Shown: positions 44,245 to 54,101 of the stretch, in pieces | How the letters are laid out: each line of letters opens with the position of its first letter | Position numbering within the stretch: position 1 is the stretch's first letter | IMG/VR virus record: IMGVR_UViG_3300020442_000007 | Coordinates: 32,001 to 96,000 of that record | Source: a virus | Reading direction: 5' to 3' (one strand) | Length of the DNA stretch: 64,000 nucleotides | The notes under the pieces: model-generated | What the model saw: only the letters and a program-made list of their open reading frames with translations | The model's database searches: none | Told to the model about the DNA's origin: nothing | Position numbers and translations under genes: made by a program

Positions 44245-44987
44245 TGCACAAAACAAATTGGACTAAAACTTTAGAACCTGCAGACAATTATAAAAGTAAT
44301 TGGGATTGGACTGTAGCACACAGTGAATATCATTTTGATAATAATATTCAAGACAAGGAAGGCGAATGGGTTAAAGTTTTAGGCCGATTTGATAATCCTG
44401 AGTTATGGAAAGCAGATAGAGATAGATTAGTTAAAAATGCGACTAAAGCTATAAATTGGGAAACAAGAAAATTCTTTGGACATAAAGAAGATGCATCTCC
44501 AATGTTGAAACAAGAAGAATATGATATTACACAAGGAGGGGGTGATCCTAAAAAACTTATGCTTACAAATATGAAAGATGAGTTAGAGGATTATCCAATG
44601 CTTGTAAAAATGAAAGAACACTTTGGCGTAGTAGGTGGTAAGGACGAATTAAAATATCGTGCCCATGTTCAACTTACAGGTCAAATGTTTAATTTACACA
44701 TTGACAAACTTTGGGATAGATGCATAGAAGATCCTGAACAAGTATGTCGTATTACATTTTTCTTAGATGATTGGCAACCAGGACAGTTCTATATGTATGG
44801 TAATTTTATCTATGAAAGATGGAAAGCCGGAGAAGCTCATATATTTGATTGGCCTAATGTGCCACACGCAACCGCTAACGCAAGTAATTTTGCAAGACCC
44901 TGCATACAGATTACAGGCTTAAAATCAGATAAAACTAGGGAAATTATTGCTAATGGATCGCGTGATACAGTATGGACACTAAAGTAA
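44241..44987 (+). CDS. Fe(II)/2OG oxygenase (Asp/Asn beta-hydroxylase-like fold)
   Basis: HVQLTGQMFNLHIDK, DWPNVPHATAN..R..IQITG. Confidence 0.7.
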   Translation: MMHKTNWTKTLEPADNYKSNWDWTVAHSEYHFDNNIQDKEGEWVKVLGRFDNPELWKADRDRLVKNATKAINWETRKFFGHKEDASPMLKQEEYDITQGGGDPKKLMLTNMKDELEDYPMLVKMKEHFGVVGGKDELKYRAHVQLTGQMFNLHIDKLWDRCIEDPEQVCRITFFLDDWQPGQFYMYGNFIYERWKAGEAHIFDWPNVPHATANASNFARPCIQITGLKSDKTREIIANGSRDTVWTLK

Positions 44988-45172
44988 GAAGTCTCGTAAA
45001 GACAGTATCATGGAGATTAACTGGTACACTTTGCACATTTTTAATTAGTTACGCAATATTACGTGACATTAGTATAAGCGGTTCTATTGCAATTATACAA
45101 CTTACTGCTAACACATTTATATTTTATATACACGAACGTATATGGAATATAATAAAATGGGGTAAACTTTGA
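44972..45172 (+). CDS. DUF2061 small membrane protein
   Basis: RSLVKTVSWR...FYIHERIW..IKWG. Confidence 0.8.
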   Translation: MDTKVRSLVKTVSWRLTGTLCTFLISYAILRDISISGSIAIIQLTANTFIFYIHERIWNIIKWGKL

Positions 45173-45810
45173 AACCTTTACTTACTATAATGACTGGCCC
45201 GCAAGGAGCCGGTAATCACTTATTCAGTAAAGCACTAGGACAAAATAAAAATATATTTGTATGGCCTGCATTACAAGAAAAGTATTGGGAAGGTCATGAT
45301 TTAGAACCTTTTGCAGAATGCTGGAAAGATCCTTTAAAACTAAATGATTTTGACTGGAAACAAAGTCAGTATTTCATCACAAGTATCAGTTGCCCATATT
45401 TTGATGATGGTGTAGAAACTATTCCAGCATATGATAATTTTATAGAAGTAGCAAGAAAGTTTTGTAGAATTCAATTTCTCATAATAGGGAGAGATAGTAA
45501 TATTTTAAAATTACAACAAGAACGTGTAAGAGAAAAACACACAACACCGTTTTTTATGAAACAGTTAGATAGTATAATACTTGGCAATAAAACAATATTT
45601 GCTAGTCAAGAGTTATTATACTTGTACAAGATAAGATATTTACAATCGTTAGAAAAACAACTAGGATTGTTACCAAATGAAGTAACATTAGATGATACTA
45701 AACTACTAGAAATATTATCTAAAGATGCGAATAAGAAATACATATCACAAGCAGAATCAACATTAGATAAAACAATTCAATTAGCAAGTAGCAGGAAAGG
45801 CGCAGTATGA
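45169..45810 (+). CDS. sulfotransferase-like P-loop protein
   Basis: LTIMTGPQGAGNHLFSKAL, IIGRD.NIL..QQ.R. Confidence 0.55.
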   Translation: MKPLLTIMTGPQGAGNHLFSKALGQNKNIFVWPALQEKYWEGHDLEPFAECWKDPLKLNDFDWKQSQYFITSISCPYFDDGVETIPAYDNFIEVARKFCRIQFLIIGRDSNILKLQQERVREKHTTPFFMKQLDSIILGNKTIFASQELLYLYKIRYLQSLEKQLGLLPNEVTLDDTKLLEILSKDANKKYISQAESTLDKTIQLASSRKGAV

Positions 45811-46232
45811 AAATATTAATATTTGGCTTGCCTGGTAGTGGTAAAACCACGCTGGCAAAACCTTTTGCAGAATTAATTGGTGCAATTCATATAAATGCAG
45901 ATGCTGTAAGAGACAAATATAAAGACTGGGATTTTAGTTTAGAAGGCAGAGTCAGACAAGCACAAAGAATGCGTTATCTAGCGGATGGTGTTGTTAGTGC
46001 AGGAAAAGTTGCAGTTGCTGACTTTATTTGTCCTACAGAAAGAGCAAGACAAGAATTTGATGCAGATTATCAAGTTTGGATGGATACTATTAAGGAAGGT
46101 AGATACGAAGACACAAATAAAATGTTTGAAAAACCTTCTAGCGTTAACTATCATGTTTCAAAATGGTTTGAGGATACACATGCACAATTAATGGAGGTAG
46201 TGAAAAATTACATGGAGAAAAATAATGTTTAA
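45807..46232 (+). CDS. cysC: adenylyl-sulfate (APS) kinase-like
   Basis: IFGLPGSGKTTLA, NADAVR, DFSLEGR, DFICP, FEKP. Confidence 0.75.
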   Translation: MKILIFGLPGSGKTTLAKPFAELIGAIHINADAVRDKYKDWDFSLEGRVRQAQRMRYLADGVVSAGKVAVADFICPTERARQEFDADYQVWMDTIKEGRYEDTNKMFEKPSSVNYHVSKWFEDTHAQLMEVVKNYMEKNNV

Positions 46233-46635
46233 CGTTTTTAAGCCTACAACACAAATGTTAGGACGTTGGCAACCTTGGCACAAAGGACACACTGAATTAT
46301 TTAAACGTGCTTTAGCTGAAACAGGACAAGTATGTATTATGATCAGAACTGTGCCGCAAGACACAGATGCATCAGGCGGACGTACAATGACGCAGGATGA
46401 CAATCCATTTATTGTGGCTGATGTAGAAGATAATATAAAAAAGGAACTTGCTAAAGAGGGTTTTGAATATTATAGGGAATACAATATTATGATTGTTCCG
46501 AATATTGTAGATATTAGTTATGGTCGTGGGGTAGGATATACCTTTACAGAGCATGACTTAGGAAAAGAGATACATAGTATTAGTGCTACAGAATTACGTG
46601 CCAAGATGCGTAAAGAAGGTAAGCTGCAGACTTAA
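46225..46635 (+). CDS. HxGH nucleotidyltransferase (cytidyltransferase/ATP-sulfurylase-like)
   Basis: GRWQPWHKGH, YGRGVGY, ISATELR. Confidence 0.8.
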   Translation: MFNVFKPTTQMLGRWQPWHKGHTELFKRALAETGQVCIMIRTVPQDTDASGGRTMTQDDNPFIVADVEDNIKKELAKEGFEYYREYNIMIVPNIVDISYGRGVGYTFTEHDLGKEIHSISATELRAKMRKEGKLQT

Positions 46636-46656
46636 ATACTAGAAAGGTAGATATGT

Positions 46657-47373
46657 ATGGCATTTAGATTTGATAAAGATAAGATGAAATATTTGACTAA
46701 TCCTGATGACTATAAAAGTAATTGGGAATGGACAAAAAGTAATAGTAATTACCATTTTGATAAAAACACTATCGATGGTGTCAGTGAAACATTTAGAGTG
46801 TGTGGAACTTTTCATGGTGATTGGGAAGAAGAATTAAAACAAGTTATAAAAGATAGCAAACCAGTTACTTGGGCAACAAGAGGTAAAAAAGGCGAACGTA
46901 AAGACAAGTTTATAGAACAAGAAGAATATGATCTTACATCTGCAGGAGCAAGTGCTGACTTAGAAGTTTCTAACTTTAATAGAAAATGTGAGAAGTATAC
47001 CAAGATAAATGAAATAGCAGAATATTTTAAACTTGAAAATTTTCAAAAAAGAATACATGTACAAACTACAGGGCAAGTTTGGAATCTACACATAGACAAA
47101 CTTTATCAATTTAATCCTGAGGATCCATCTAAAGTAGTAAGAATAACAATCATGCTGAATGACTGGGAACCAGGACAATTTTATATGTATGGTAATCGAA
47201 TGTATGAAAGATGGAAAGCAGGTGAAATACATATATTTGATTGGCCTAATGTTCCTCATTCTACTGCAAATACAAGTTATGTACCAAGAGTAAGTTTACA
47301 ACTTACAGGTGTTAAAACAGAAGACACTGACAGAATACTTAACGAACGAGATCACTATTATTCTGTGGAATGA
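46657..47373 (+). CDS. Fe(II)/2OG oxygenase (Asp/Asn beta-hydroxylase-like fold)
   Basis: HVQTTGQVWNLHIDK, DWPNVPHSTAN..PRVSLQ; close paralogue of 44241..44987. Confidence 0.7.
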   Translation: MAFRFDKDKMKYLTNPDDYKSNWEWTKSNSNYHFDKNTIDGVSETFRVCGTFHGDWEEELKQVIKDSKPVTWATRGKKGERKDKFIEQEEYDLTSAGASADLEVSNFNRKCEKYTKINEIAEYFKLENFQKRIHVQTTGQVWNLHIDKLYQFNPEDPSKVVRITIMLNDWEPGQFYMYGNRMYERWKAGEIHIFDWPNVPHSTANTSYVPRVSLQLTGVKTEDTDRILNERDHYYSVE

Positions 47374-47378
47374 TTTGA

Positions 47379-47732
47379 ATGATAGACATACTAGTTGCAA
47401 ATATAATCTATGTATCTTATAGATTGCTTGTAACTGCTCATATAGTAAAATTTTTATACAAGTACATTCCTTACGGCTTTGCAGTTTTATTAGCCGCACA
47501 AATAAGTTTTTTATACGATGGGGGTGTATTTGCTTATCTATTTCAGGCAAAAGAATTACCAGCACTAATGGATTTTGTTCAAGCTAACGTATTATATACT
47601 TTTCGAGTTGGTGTGGCATGGTGGATTATTAAGATACTATGGGATCAATTGAGTAATTATTATTTGGCTGTGTTTATGGGTGCTCAGCTTACATTCATAG
47701 TAGACTATTTTATTTTTGAGGGAGTGTTTTAG
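47379..47732 (+). CDS. small membrane protein (about 4 TM)
   Basis: Hydrophobic, two-fold internal repeat (Y..AV..AQ.SF.YD / YY.AV..AQ.TF.VD). Confidence 0.7.
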   Translation: MIDILVANIIYVSYRLLVTAHIVKFLYKYIPYGFAVLLAAQISFLYDGGVFAYLFQAKELPALMDFVQANVLYTFRVGVAWWIIKILWDQLSNYYLAVFMGAQLTFIVDYFIFEGVF

Positions 47733-47743
47733 AGGTTAAATAC

Positions 47744-48385
47744 ATGCAAGGAACTAGTTTTATGGATATACAAGATTTTACAGAGTTTGATCAAAGTAGA
47801 TTAAAATTTTTCCAATTGCCTGAAAATTTATCTAGGTTTAGTGCAAAAAGAAACAATGCAAAAATCTCTAAAGAACACGATATACGTGAAATATTTCCTC
47901 TTGATGCAAATATAGTTGATGCTGGTTGTGGAGTAAATCCTTACAAAAAGTATTTTCCTAATTTGATAGGATTTGATTTTGTTGATTATGGTAATCAAGA
48001 TTATGTATGCAAAATTTTAGATGCTCCAATCGAACTAGAAAGTCAAGACGGTGTCTTGTGTTTAGGAGTTTTACATGAGTGTCCGGATGATTATCATCTA
48101 CCTAACATAGAAAAAATGTTATCTTGGTTACGGCCAGGCGGGCTACTTATAATGAGACATAAAAAAGAAACAGAAGCTGATTATGAAGAAAGAAGAAAAC
48201 AACACGGATTTTGGATAGGAATAGGATCTTGGCCACGTAGTAGGATTGATGAATTTACAAATAATTTAAATGTTAATTTAGAATGGATTGTTGAACATTC
48301 AACAAAAAGAACATTTAAACATAATGGTCAAGATTTAAAAAAGACATTTGATGGTCATATATGGTGTTGGAGGAAATATGTATAA
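47744..48385 (+). CDS. class I SAM methyltransferase
   Basis: IVDAGCG, IGFDF, DGVLCLGVLH, LRPGG. Confidence 0.82.
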   Translation: MQGTSFMDIQDFTEFDQSRLKFFQLPENLSRFSAKRNNAKISKEHDIREIFPLDANIVDAGCGVNPYKKYFPNLIGFDFVDYGNQDYVCKILDAPIELESQDGVLCLGVLHECPDDYHLPNIEKMLSWLRPGGLLIMRHKKETEADYEERRKQHGFWIGIGSWPRSRIDEFTNNLNVNLEWIVEHSTKRTFKHNGQDLKKTFDGHIWCWRKYV

Positions 48386-48623
48386 AAAAATTAAAGAACA
48401 TTTAGAAGAAACAGAATGGGGATATTGGAAACACTTAACGCATAGTGTTCACCAAAGTAATAAACTGATAGCCTGTGCAATTAAATCTTACATACATGGA
48501 ATTTTTCCATGTTGGTATAAAGCTGATGGGCCAATAACTATTTTTAAAATGTATCATCAAATAAAACGTATTCATCATGTAGCAAAATTAGAACGTGAAA
48601 TGAAAGACAAGGGTGAAATATAA
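48378..48623 (+). CDS. small DUF6356-like protein
   Basis: GGAGG RBS, start MYKKIKEH; HL.E..GY.KH...IHGIFP. Confidence 0.6.
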   Translation: MYKKIKEHLEETEWGYWKHLTHSVHQSNKLIACAIKSYIHGIFPCWYKADGPITIFKMYHQIKRIHHVAKLEREMKDKGEI

Positions 48624-49207
48624 TGGATGTGATGAGCTTACATAGTATACTTTGTTCATATGGAGACGTGGTAGAATTAGATTATAAATTTTCAGAAAAA
48701 ACAATTACAGAACTAAAACAAATAAAGGATTGGTTACCAGGGCCTAATGGAAAAACTGCAATCAATCTAACTGGTCCTATAGAAGATTTAGGTTTAGACA
48801 CTCCTGCCGAAATTAAGCATGCAAGAAATCAACCATATAATGATAACTTATTAAAATGTCCTAGTATTATAAAGTTTTTTGATAAATGGACAGAACTTGC
48901 AAGGTGTAGGGTAGCAACTATGGACAAAGGTAGTTTTTTTAGATTACACAGAGATGCATTTAGACTAAACGATCAATTTCGTATTTTTATTCCTTTAAAT
49001 AAAACTACAGATGATGAATGGATGTTTATATATGACGGAAAAATACAAAGATTTAAAGAAGGCGTTCCATACGTACTAAACACAAGAAAAACACACGGCA
49101 GTTTCGCAATGGCAGACGATATATATCACATTCTAATGAGTTTATACATTAACGAAAATAATATTAAACAAATAGCAAAAATGCTACCTAATTGTAAAGA
49201 ACACTAA
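48623..49207 (+). CDS. Fe(II)/2OG oxygenase (Asp/Asn beta-hydroxylase-like)
   Basis: GSFFRLHRD, RIFIPL, LNTRKTHGS. Confidence 0.7.
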   Translation: MDVMSLHSILCSYGDVVELDYKFSEKTITELKQIKDWLPGPNGKTAINLTGPIEDLGLDTPAEIKHARNQPYNDNLLKCPSIIKFFDKWTELARCRVATMDKGSFFRLHRDAFRLNDQFRIFIPLNKTTDDEWMFIYDGKIQRFKEGVPYVLNTRKTHGSFAMADDIYHILMSLYINENNIKQIAKMLPNCKEH

Positions 49208-49211
49208 TTAT

Positions 49212-49219
49212 GATAAATA
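49212..49219 (+). promoter_or_regulatory. T4-late-like promoter box (GATAAATA)
   Basis: Intergenic, upstream of GGAG RBS and 49248. Confidence 0.45.
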
Positions 49220-49247
49220 AACATAGTAAGTCTAACGGAGAAAAAAT

Positions 49248-49976
49248 ATGAATTATTACTTAATTGTAGGCTTTGGATTTGGTGAAATACGAACTATTGC
49301 AACTAAATTAACTGAAAAGCTATCTGCAAAATATGGCGAAAAAACTGTGCTTAGAGAACAATGGGGCGTACTAAGAGCATGGCGACATAATGATGAGCAA
49401 AATGGTATTAATAATTTTATTATGCCAGCAGGTTTAAGTGGTTTAGCTAGATTTGGTGATAGATTAGCCAAAAATATAACTGATGATACACAACACATTG
49501 TATTACATGGTCCAGGTGTTCTTTTAAATTACGAAAAATTATCTAATATTTTAGCAAGTAATAAAACTGATAGTGTAGATCATGTTAAATTAACCGTAGA
49601 TTCAACCGTTACAACTTATCTAGTCAAGACTACAGAAAACTCAGCAACAATGGCAAATCGTTTACAAACTCAATGGGATACGACTGTTGGTGATATGGTA
49701 CATAGTGGTACAGGAATTGTTAATCCTACAGCTGAACAAATACAAGCATCTAAAGATGCATACTACAAATGGTGTACAAACTATGCTAATACAGCCGCTA
49801 CAATGTTTGGAGATTATGATGAAGAAGCATGGCAACCATGGGGTGGTTGGCAAGATGATTTATCGCCTACTTCAGTTGGTGTAGGAATAACAGACGTCAA
49901 CACTTTTACTAGAAAAGACGGAACAATTTCTAAATTTACACCACATAGTCATCAAATATATTGGACTACACCTTAA
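49248..49976 (+). CDS. hypothetical protein
   Basis: GGAG RBS; last gene before the strand switch. Confidence 0.7.
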   Translation: MNYYLIVGFGFGEIRTIATKLTEKLSAKYGEKTVLREQWGVLRAWRHNDEQNGINNFIMPAGLSGLARFGDRLAKNITDDTQHIVLHGPGVLLNYEKLSNILASNKTDSVDHVKLTVDSTVTTYLVKTTENSATMANRLQTQWDTTVGDMVHSGTGIVNPTAEQIQASKDAYYKWCTNYANTAATMFGDYDEEAWQPWGGWQDDLSPTSVGVGITDVNTFTRKDGTISKFTPHSHQIYWTTP

Positions 49977-49977
49977 T

Positions 49978-50619
49978 TTATTTGATACCAATTTTCATAA
50001 ATCTAATATAACCGCCTTGATCTGTGAGATCAAGTTCTCCTTCGTAAAGTGTTTCTGACATATGTACACTTTCACTAAATTCTTTAAGACTTTTACTACA
50101 ATTTACGTGTTCTTCTAATTTTGTAAAATTATTACTCTGCAAAATTACCAGCTTGTCTTTAGGAATATTTGAGTACCAATCACTGAAGTTAGCAATATGT
50201 TCACAACTTGTGTTTATAATAGTATCTGGCATATCAGTTAATGTAACAAACTTTTTATCATATGTTAAAGTTTCATAAGTTGTTGGGTATTGCATAGTAT
50301 TAATATCTAACGTTGTTGCTTTAAACTTCCAATTATCAACTACCCAAGGCATATTAAATTTTTCTGCTATTTCTTTACAACTGTCATCCACATCAAAACT
50401 TCTAATTTTTGTTACAAGAACATTAGATTCAAATAACATTGTAGCAAGTGTAGCATACCAACCCGCACATAAAAAAACTATGCCAAGATCAGGACAGTAT
50501 TCTTCTACTTTTTTAACAAGCCATTCTTTACTTTTTAATTGTCCGCCACTAATGCAATCCTTATTAAAATCAGGATTGTCTAAAACATAATATAGACTTT
50601 TAATTAATTGTGATGTCAT
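49978..50619 (-). CDS. class I SAM methyltransferase-like
   Basis: VFLCAGWYA, IRSFDVD, IINTSCEH, ILQSNN. Confidence 0.7.
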   Translation of the reverse strand: MTSQLIKSLYYVLDNPDFNKDCISGGQLKSKEWLVKKVEEYCPDLGIVFLCAGWYATLATMLFESNVLVTKIRSFDVDDSCKEIAEKFNMPWVVDNWKFKATTLDINTMQYPTTYETLTYDKKFVTLTDMPDTIINTSCEHIANFSDWYSNIPKDKLVILQSNNFTKLEEHVNCSKSLKEFSESVHMSETLYEGELDLTDQGGYIRFMKIGIK

Positions 50620-51631
50620 TAAACTTTTCTTTTAACCAAACAAAATCGTTAATTTTTTTTAGTTCAGTTGCATTTCCCTTCCATTTTTGACCATATTCTT
50701 TACCAGCGTTAGCACCAGCAATACAATATTCACCAAAAGACTTATTTTTTCCTTTGGTGCACCATTCATTTAATCTTATCTCTGTTTCTTTATCATTTTG
50801 TCCTTGAATTACTTTACTACTGAGTTTTACACATTCTCTAAATGCACTTTTCCAAGTGCTGAATGGATCTGTATTAAATAAAGAAATATTACTTACCTCA
50901 GGCATTGCTTTAAAACGCACACTTATGCTTGTAGTCATATCTGTACTTTCTGTATCTACGTTAAGTGTAAGTTTCCTTGGTAATAATTTTACTCCTCCGT
51001 TGCCATATGTAAGCCTGTTTATAGGATTTTGACTCCTCCATACATGTACAATATTTTGCTCATTAATAGATACTGTCATTTGAAAATCAAAATTATCATT
51101 TATATAAGCATCTCCATCAACAACATAAAACATATCAGATTTACAAAGTTTTGCTGCCTCTATATGAGCTTGATGTATACCAGAAACACCATGTACTCTC
51201 TTAGCCCAAGGCATTTTGTCTAAAAGACGCCTGTAATTTACATCTGCATTAGGTTCATCATAGCTTATAAACACAACATCATACGTTGGTTTAGGTGTAC
51301 TTGCTAATATATCTATTTCTTTCTTGTCTGCGAAAAATCTATATTGTGCTTCTCTAGGATGTACTTCAACTCTTTTAGGGTACAAACAAATGCCATTATA
51401 CTTGTCAGCATTTTTAAATACATGAATTACTTTTTGATCCCATTTTTCAGGTGCATAAGAAAAATCAAAATTATTTTCAACTAGCAAGTCGTCCCATATA
51501 ACCCAAAACATAGTTGTAACTGCTAATTTTTGAGCAGAATCAAAATCTGGAGCATATTTAAGTCCAAAAAATTTATCTTTCAAATCTGTATAATGTTGTG
51601 TCTTTTCACCAACAAAAATTATATCATACAT
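50600..51631 (-). CDS. glycosyltransferase-like (GT-A) protein with tandem duplicated domain
   Basis: YDIIF..MFWVIWDD then YDVVFISYDEPNA..MFYVVDGD, YGNGGVKL, AFRECVKL. Confidence 0.65.
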   Translation of the reverse strand: MYDIIFVGEKTQHYTDLKDKFFGLKYAPDFDSAQKLAVTTMFWVIWDDLLVENNFDFSYAPEKWDQKVIHVFKNADKYNGICLYPKRVEVHPREAQYRFFADKKEIDILASTPKPTYDVVFISYDEPNADVNYRRLLDKMPWAKRVHGVSGIHQAHIEAAKLCKSDMFYVVDGDAYINDNFDFQMTVSINEQNIVHVWRSQNPINRLTYGNGGVKLLPRKLTLNVDTESTDMTTSISVRFKAMPEVSNISLFNTDPFSTWKSAFRECVKLSSKVIQGQNDKETEIRLNEWCTKGKNKSFGEYCIAGANAGKEYGQKWKGNATELKKINDFVWLKEKFNDITIN

Positions 51632-51636
51632 TCTTA

Positions 51637-51665
51637 ATTATATACTTTCTTATGCAAAATGTCAA
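51637..51665 (-). promoter_or_regulatory. sigma70 promoter (perfect consensus), probably leaderless transcript
   Basis: Minus-strand TTGACA-17-TATAAT, ATG 5 nt after -10. Confidence 0.85.
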
Positions 51666-52825
51666 CCATATCGTATTGCGTCAAATAATTTTAGAAACAT
51701 AGGCATGTGGGACCTTTCTAAGAATTTGGCTTTATTAACTTTAGCAAATTTATTCAACGTTTTCAACGCATTTTTTGTTTCTTCTGATCTACAATTATTT
51801 TTTAACCTTGTTAATTCATGACAAATTAAGTCAGCACGTATACTTACATCTGCATATGTATCATATTTTTCATTTAACAAATCAAAAAAAGTAAAATATC
51901 CTTGCTGATTTAAATATTTCATAGTTTGTTGACATCCAAAAACCATAAATGGCTTTCCCATTACTAGTAACTGCCAAATATCCAGATTAGTGAACAAAGC
52001 GTTTACTTCACTCATGTAAGCCATTCTGTTATTAGGTGCCCAAGGTGTTAAAATTGATATAAGACTATTAGCATGATAATCAATACTATCGTTCTTATGT
52101 ATTATACTACCATGATCATACAATTCGTTTGCCTCTAAAGCAGAATATAGCTGTACACAATTTGGTGCTTGTGGGTATTCTGAAAAATTATGAAATAAAA
52201 GTTTAGGATTGAATTGATCTATGTCAAAATCTAACACAGGCATAGGATCATTTATTGGTTTAAAAAAATTTTTATATTTTACCGTGTCGTTATTGATAAT
52301 TAATCTTGATTCAATTTGCCACCAATCTATAGAATATGACTTATAAGGATCTAATAGCTCTTGGTATGTATTATTCAAATCAGCGGTAACTAAAATAATA
52401 TTTTCCACAGGAACTTTGCATCTCATAAACATTTCTGCCACATGTCTAAGCCTAATTACTTCGTTAGCACCTTGTAATGTTTGCCCTAGCAATAAGACTT
52501 TCATTTTTCCTGCACGTAAATAGTCTAAAGTTTTATGCGGTATATTAATATTGATACCATAAGATACTTCAAATGGGTAGAATATGTCTTCTTTAAATCC
52601 TCTTACAGGATTAAATATATCATCTCCTGTGAATAACTGTATTTCACAATCATTTTTTACCATAGTATAATAAAAACTAGAAATAACTTCTACCATACTG
52701 TCTATGCTGTCTCTATCACCAAACGGATAAGGCCAAGTCTCAGGATGATTATCATGATAAGATGTTATACCGTTAGGAACAGGCCCGCAATCCTTAATAA
52801 CATCATAATAAAAATTAATCGCCAT
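51662..52825 (-). CDS. glycosyltransferase-like hypothetical protein
   Basis: C-terminal MGKPFMVFG..MKYL..QGYFTF..NEKYD pattern seen in phage GT-B-like proteins. Confidence 0.45.
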   Translation of the reverse strand: MAINFYYDVIKDCGPVPNGITSYHDNHPETWPYPFGDRDSIDSMVEVISSFYYTMVKNDCEIQLFTGDDIFNPVRGFKEDIFYPFEVSYGININIPHKTLDYLRAGKMKVLLLGQTLQGANEVIRLRHVAEMFMRCKVPVENIILVTADLNNTYQELLDPYKSYSIDWWQIESRLIINNDTVKYKNFFKPINDPMPVLDFDIDQFNPKLLFHNFSEYPQAPNCVQLYSALEANELYDHGSIIHKNDSIDYHANSLISILTPWAPNNRMAYMSEVNALFTNLDIWQLLVMGKPFMVFGCQQTMKYLNQQGYFTFFDLLNEKYDTYADVSIRADLICHELTRLKNNCRSEETKNALKTLNKFAKVNKAKFLERSHMPMFLKLFDAIRYG

Positions 52826-54101
52826 ATTCTTTATACCATTTATTCCATATTTCAGTTAATTTAGGATGAATTTTTGTTACATCTTGATTCCTAATTCTAT
52901 CATAGGTAATTGTTCTTCTTACAAAATGTGTACGCCAATTTTTGTATTTGTCTATTGTTTCTAAATCTACTGGATCTGGTAATTCTAATCTTGCAATAAC
53001 ATGAGGCAAACGACTAATCCTTAATTGTTCATCTGTCAATAGATGTAATCTTGATTTTAATTCTTCTGCTATTTCGATTTTATAACTAAAAGGTATAAGA
53101 TCTATCATTAAATCTATAGGGCCATTTACTGGATTAAACACAATGTTTGTAGATTTGCCATGCTTATACCAATAATCTACTAATTTAGGTAAATCCCATG
53201 CATTGTAAATTTGTGCTGTTGCAAGTAATTGTACTGTGACTGGCATTTTTAAATAATGCTGATATGCTTTATCTAATTCATTCCAGTTTGCTCCATATCT
53301 TATGTAATCGTTTGCATATCCTATACCACACATACTAAATTGCAAGTCAACTTGTCTAAATTTAGGCAAAAGATTTGTTGTTTTACTCTTTAATCTACTG
53401 CCATTGGTAGTAATATCAAGCATTAAATGTGTATTTCCGCTTTCTACACACCATTTTAGTAGTTTATACACGCCTGGCATGAATAACGGTTCGCCGCCTG
53501 CCAGTTTTATAGAAGCCATTTTAGGAATATGTTTTTTTACACTTTCAAAACATACAGGATCGTCAATCCAATCTTGTACATCTTTCCATTCTTCGTTCAT
53601 TATTTCTTGTGTTTCAGGATGTTGTTGCTGTTCTTTAGCAATAGTGCTACTAATTGCACCAAAACACATTCTGCAACCAAAATTACAAAGACGTCCTGGT
53701 CTATAATCCGCCCATGTTGGACCGCCGGTATTATTACCTTTCTCAATATCAAGACGCAAATCTGGATTCTTTTTGAGTCTATATTTTAAATAAACCTCAT
53801 TCAAACTTTCTCTGTCTGAGCCGCCACCTTGTTTATCTTGTTTCCAGCAAGTTGTACAACGTTTTTCAAATTTTCCTTCTAACATTGTCTTACGAACCTC
53901 TTGCATGTCTTCACTTTCCCATACTTCTTGTAAATCATGCCCTTGTACATTTTTTACAATAGGAAAATTATAGTCTGCTAAACAACAAAGATTAACAAAT
54001 CCGTCAGTTGCAATATATTGATGTGTAAAAGGCATGGTACAAAATGCAGGATTATTTTTTATTTGCCATTCTACATTTAAATTATATTTCTTTTCCATCA
54101 C
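52815..54101 (-). CDS. radical SAM protein with N-terminal SPASM/twitch domain
   Basis: CTMPF..DGFVNLCC, CTTCW; CNFGCRMC; AGGEP; TTNG. Confidence 0.9.
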   Translation of the reverse strand: MMEKKYNLNVEWQIKNNPAFCTMPFTHQYIATDGFVNLCCLADYNFPIVKNVQGHDLQEVWESEDMQEVRKTMLEGKFEKRCTTCWKQDKQGGGSDRESLNEVYLKYRLKKNPDLRLDIEKGNNTGGPTWADYRPGRLCNFGCRMCFGAISSTIAKEQQQHPETQEIMNEEWKDVQDWIDDPVCFESVKKHIPKMASIKLAGGEPLFMPGVYKLLKWCVESGNTHLMLDITTNGSRLKSKTTNLLPKFRQVDLQFSMCGIGYANDYIRYGANWNELDKAYQHYLKMPVTVQLLATAQIYNAWDLPKLVDYWYKHGKSTNIVFNPVNGPIDLMIDLIPFSYKIEIAEELKSRLHLLTDEQLRISRLPHVIARLELPDPVDLETIDKYKNWRTHFVRRTITYDRIRNQDVTKIHPKLTEIWNKWYKEYGD

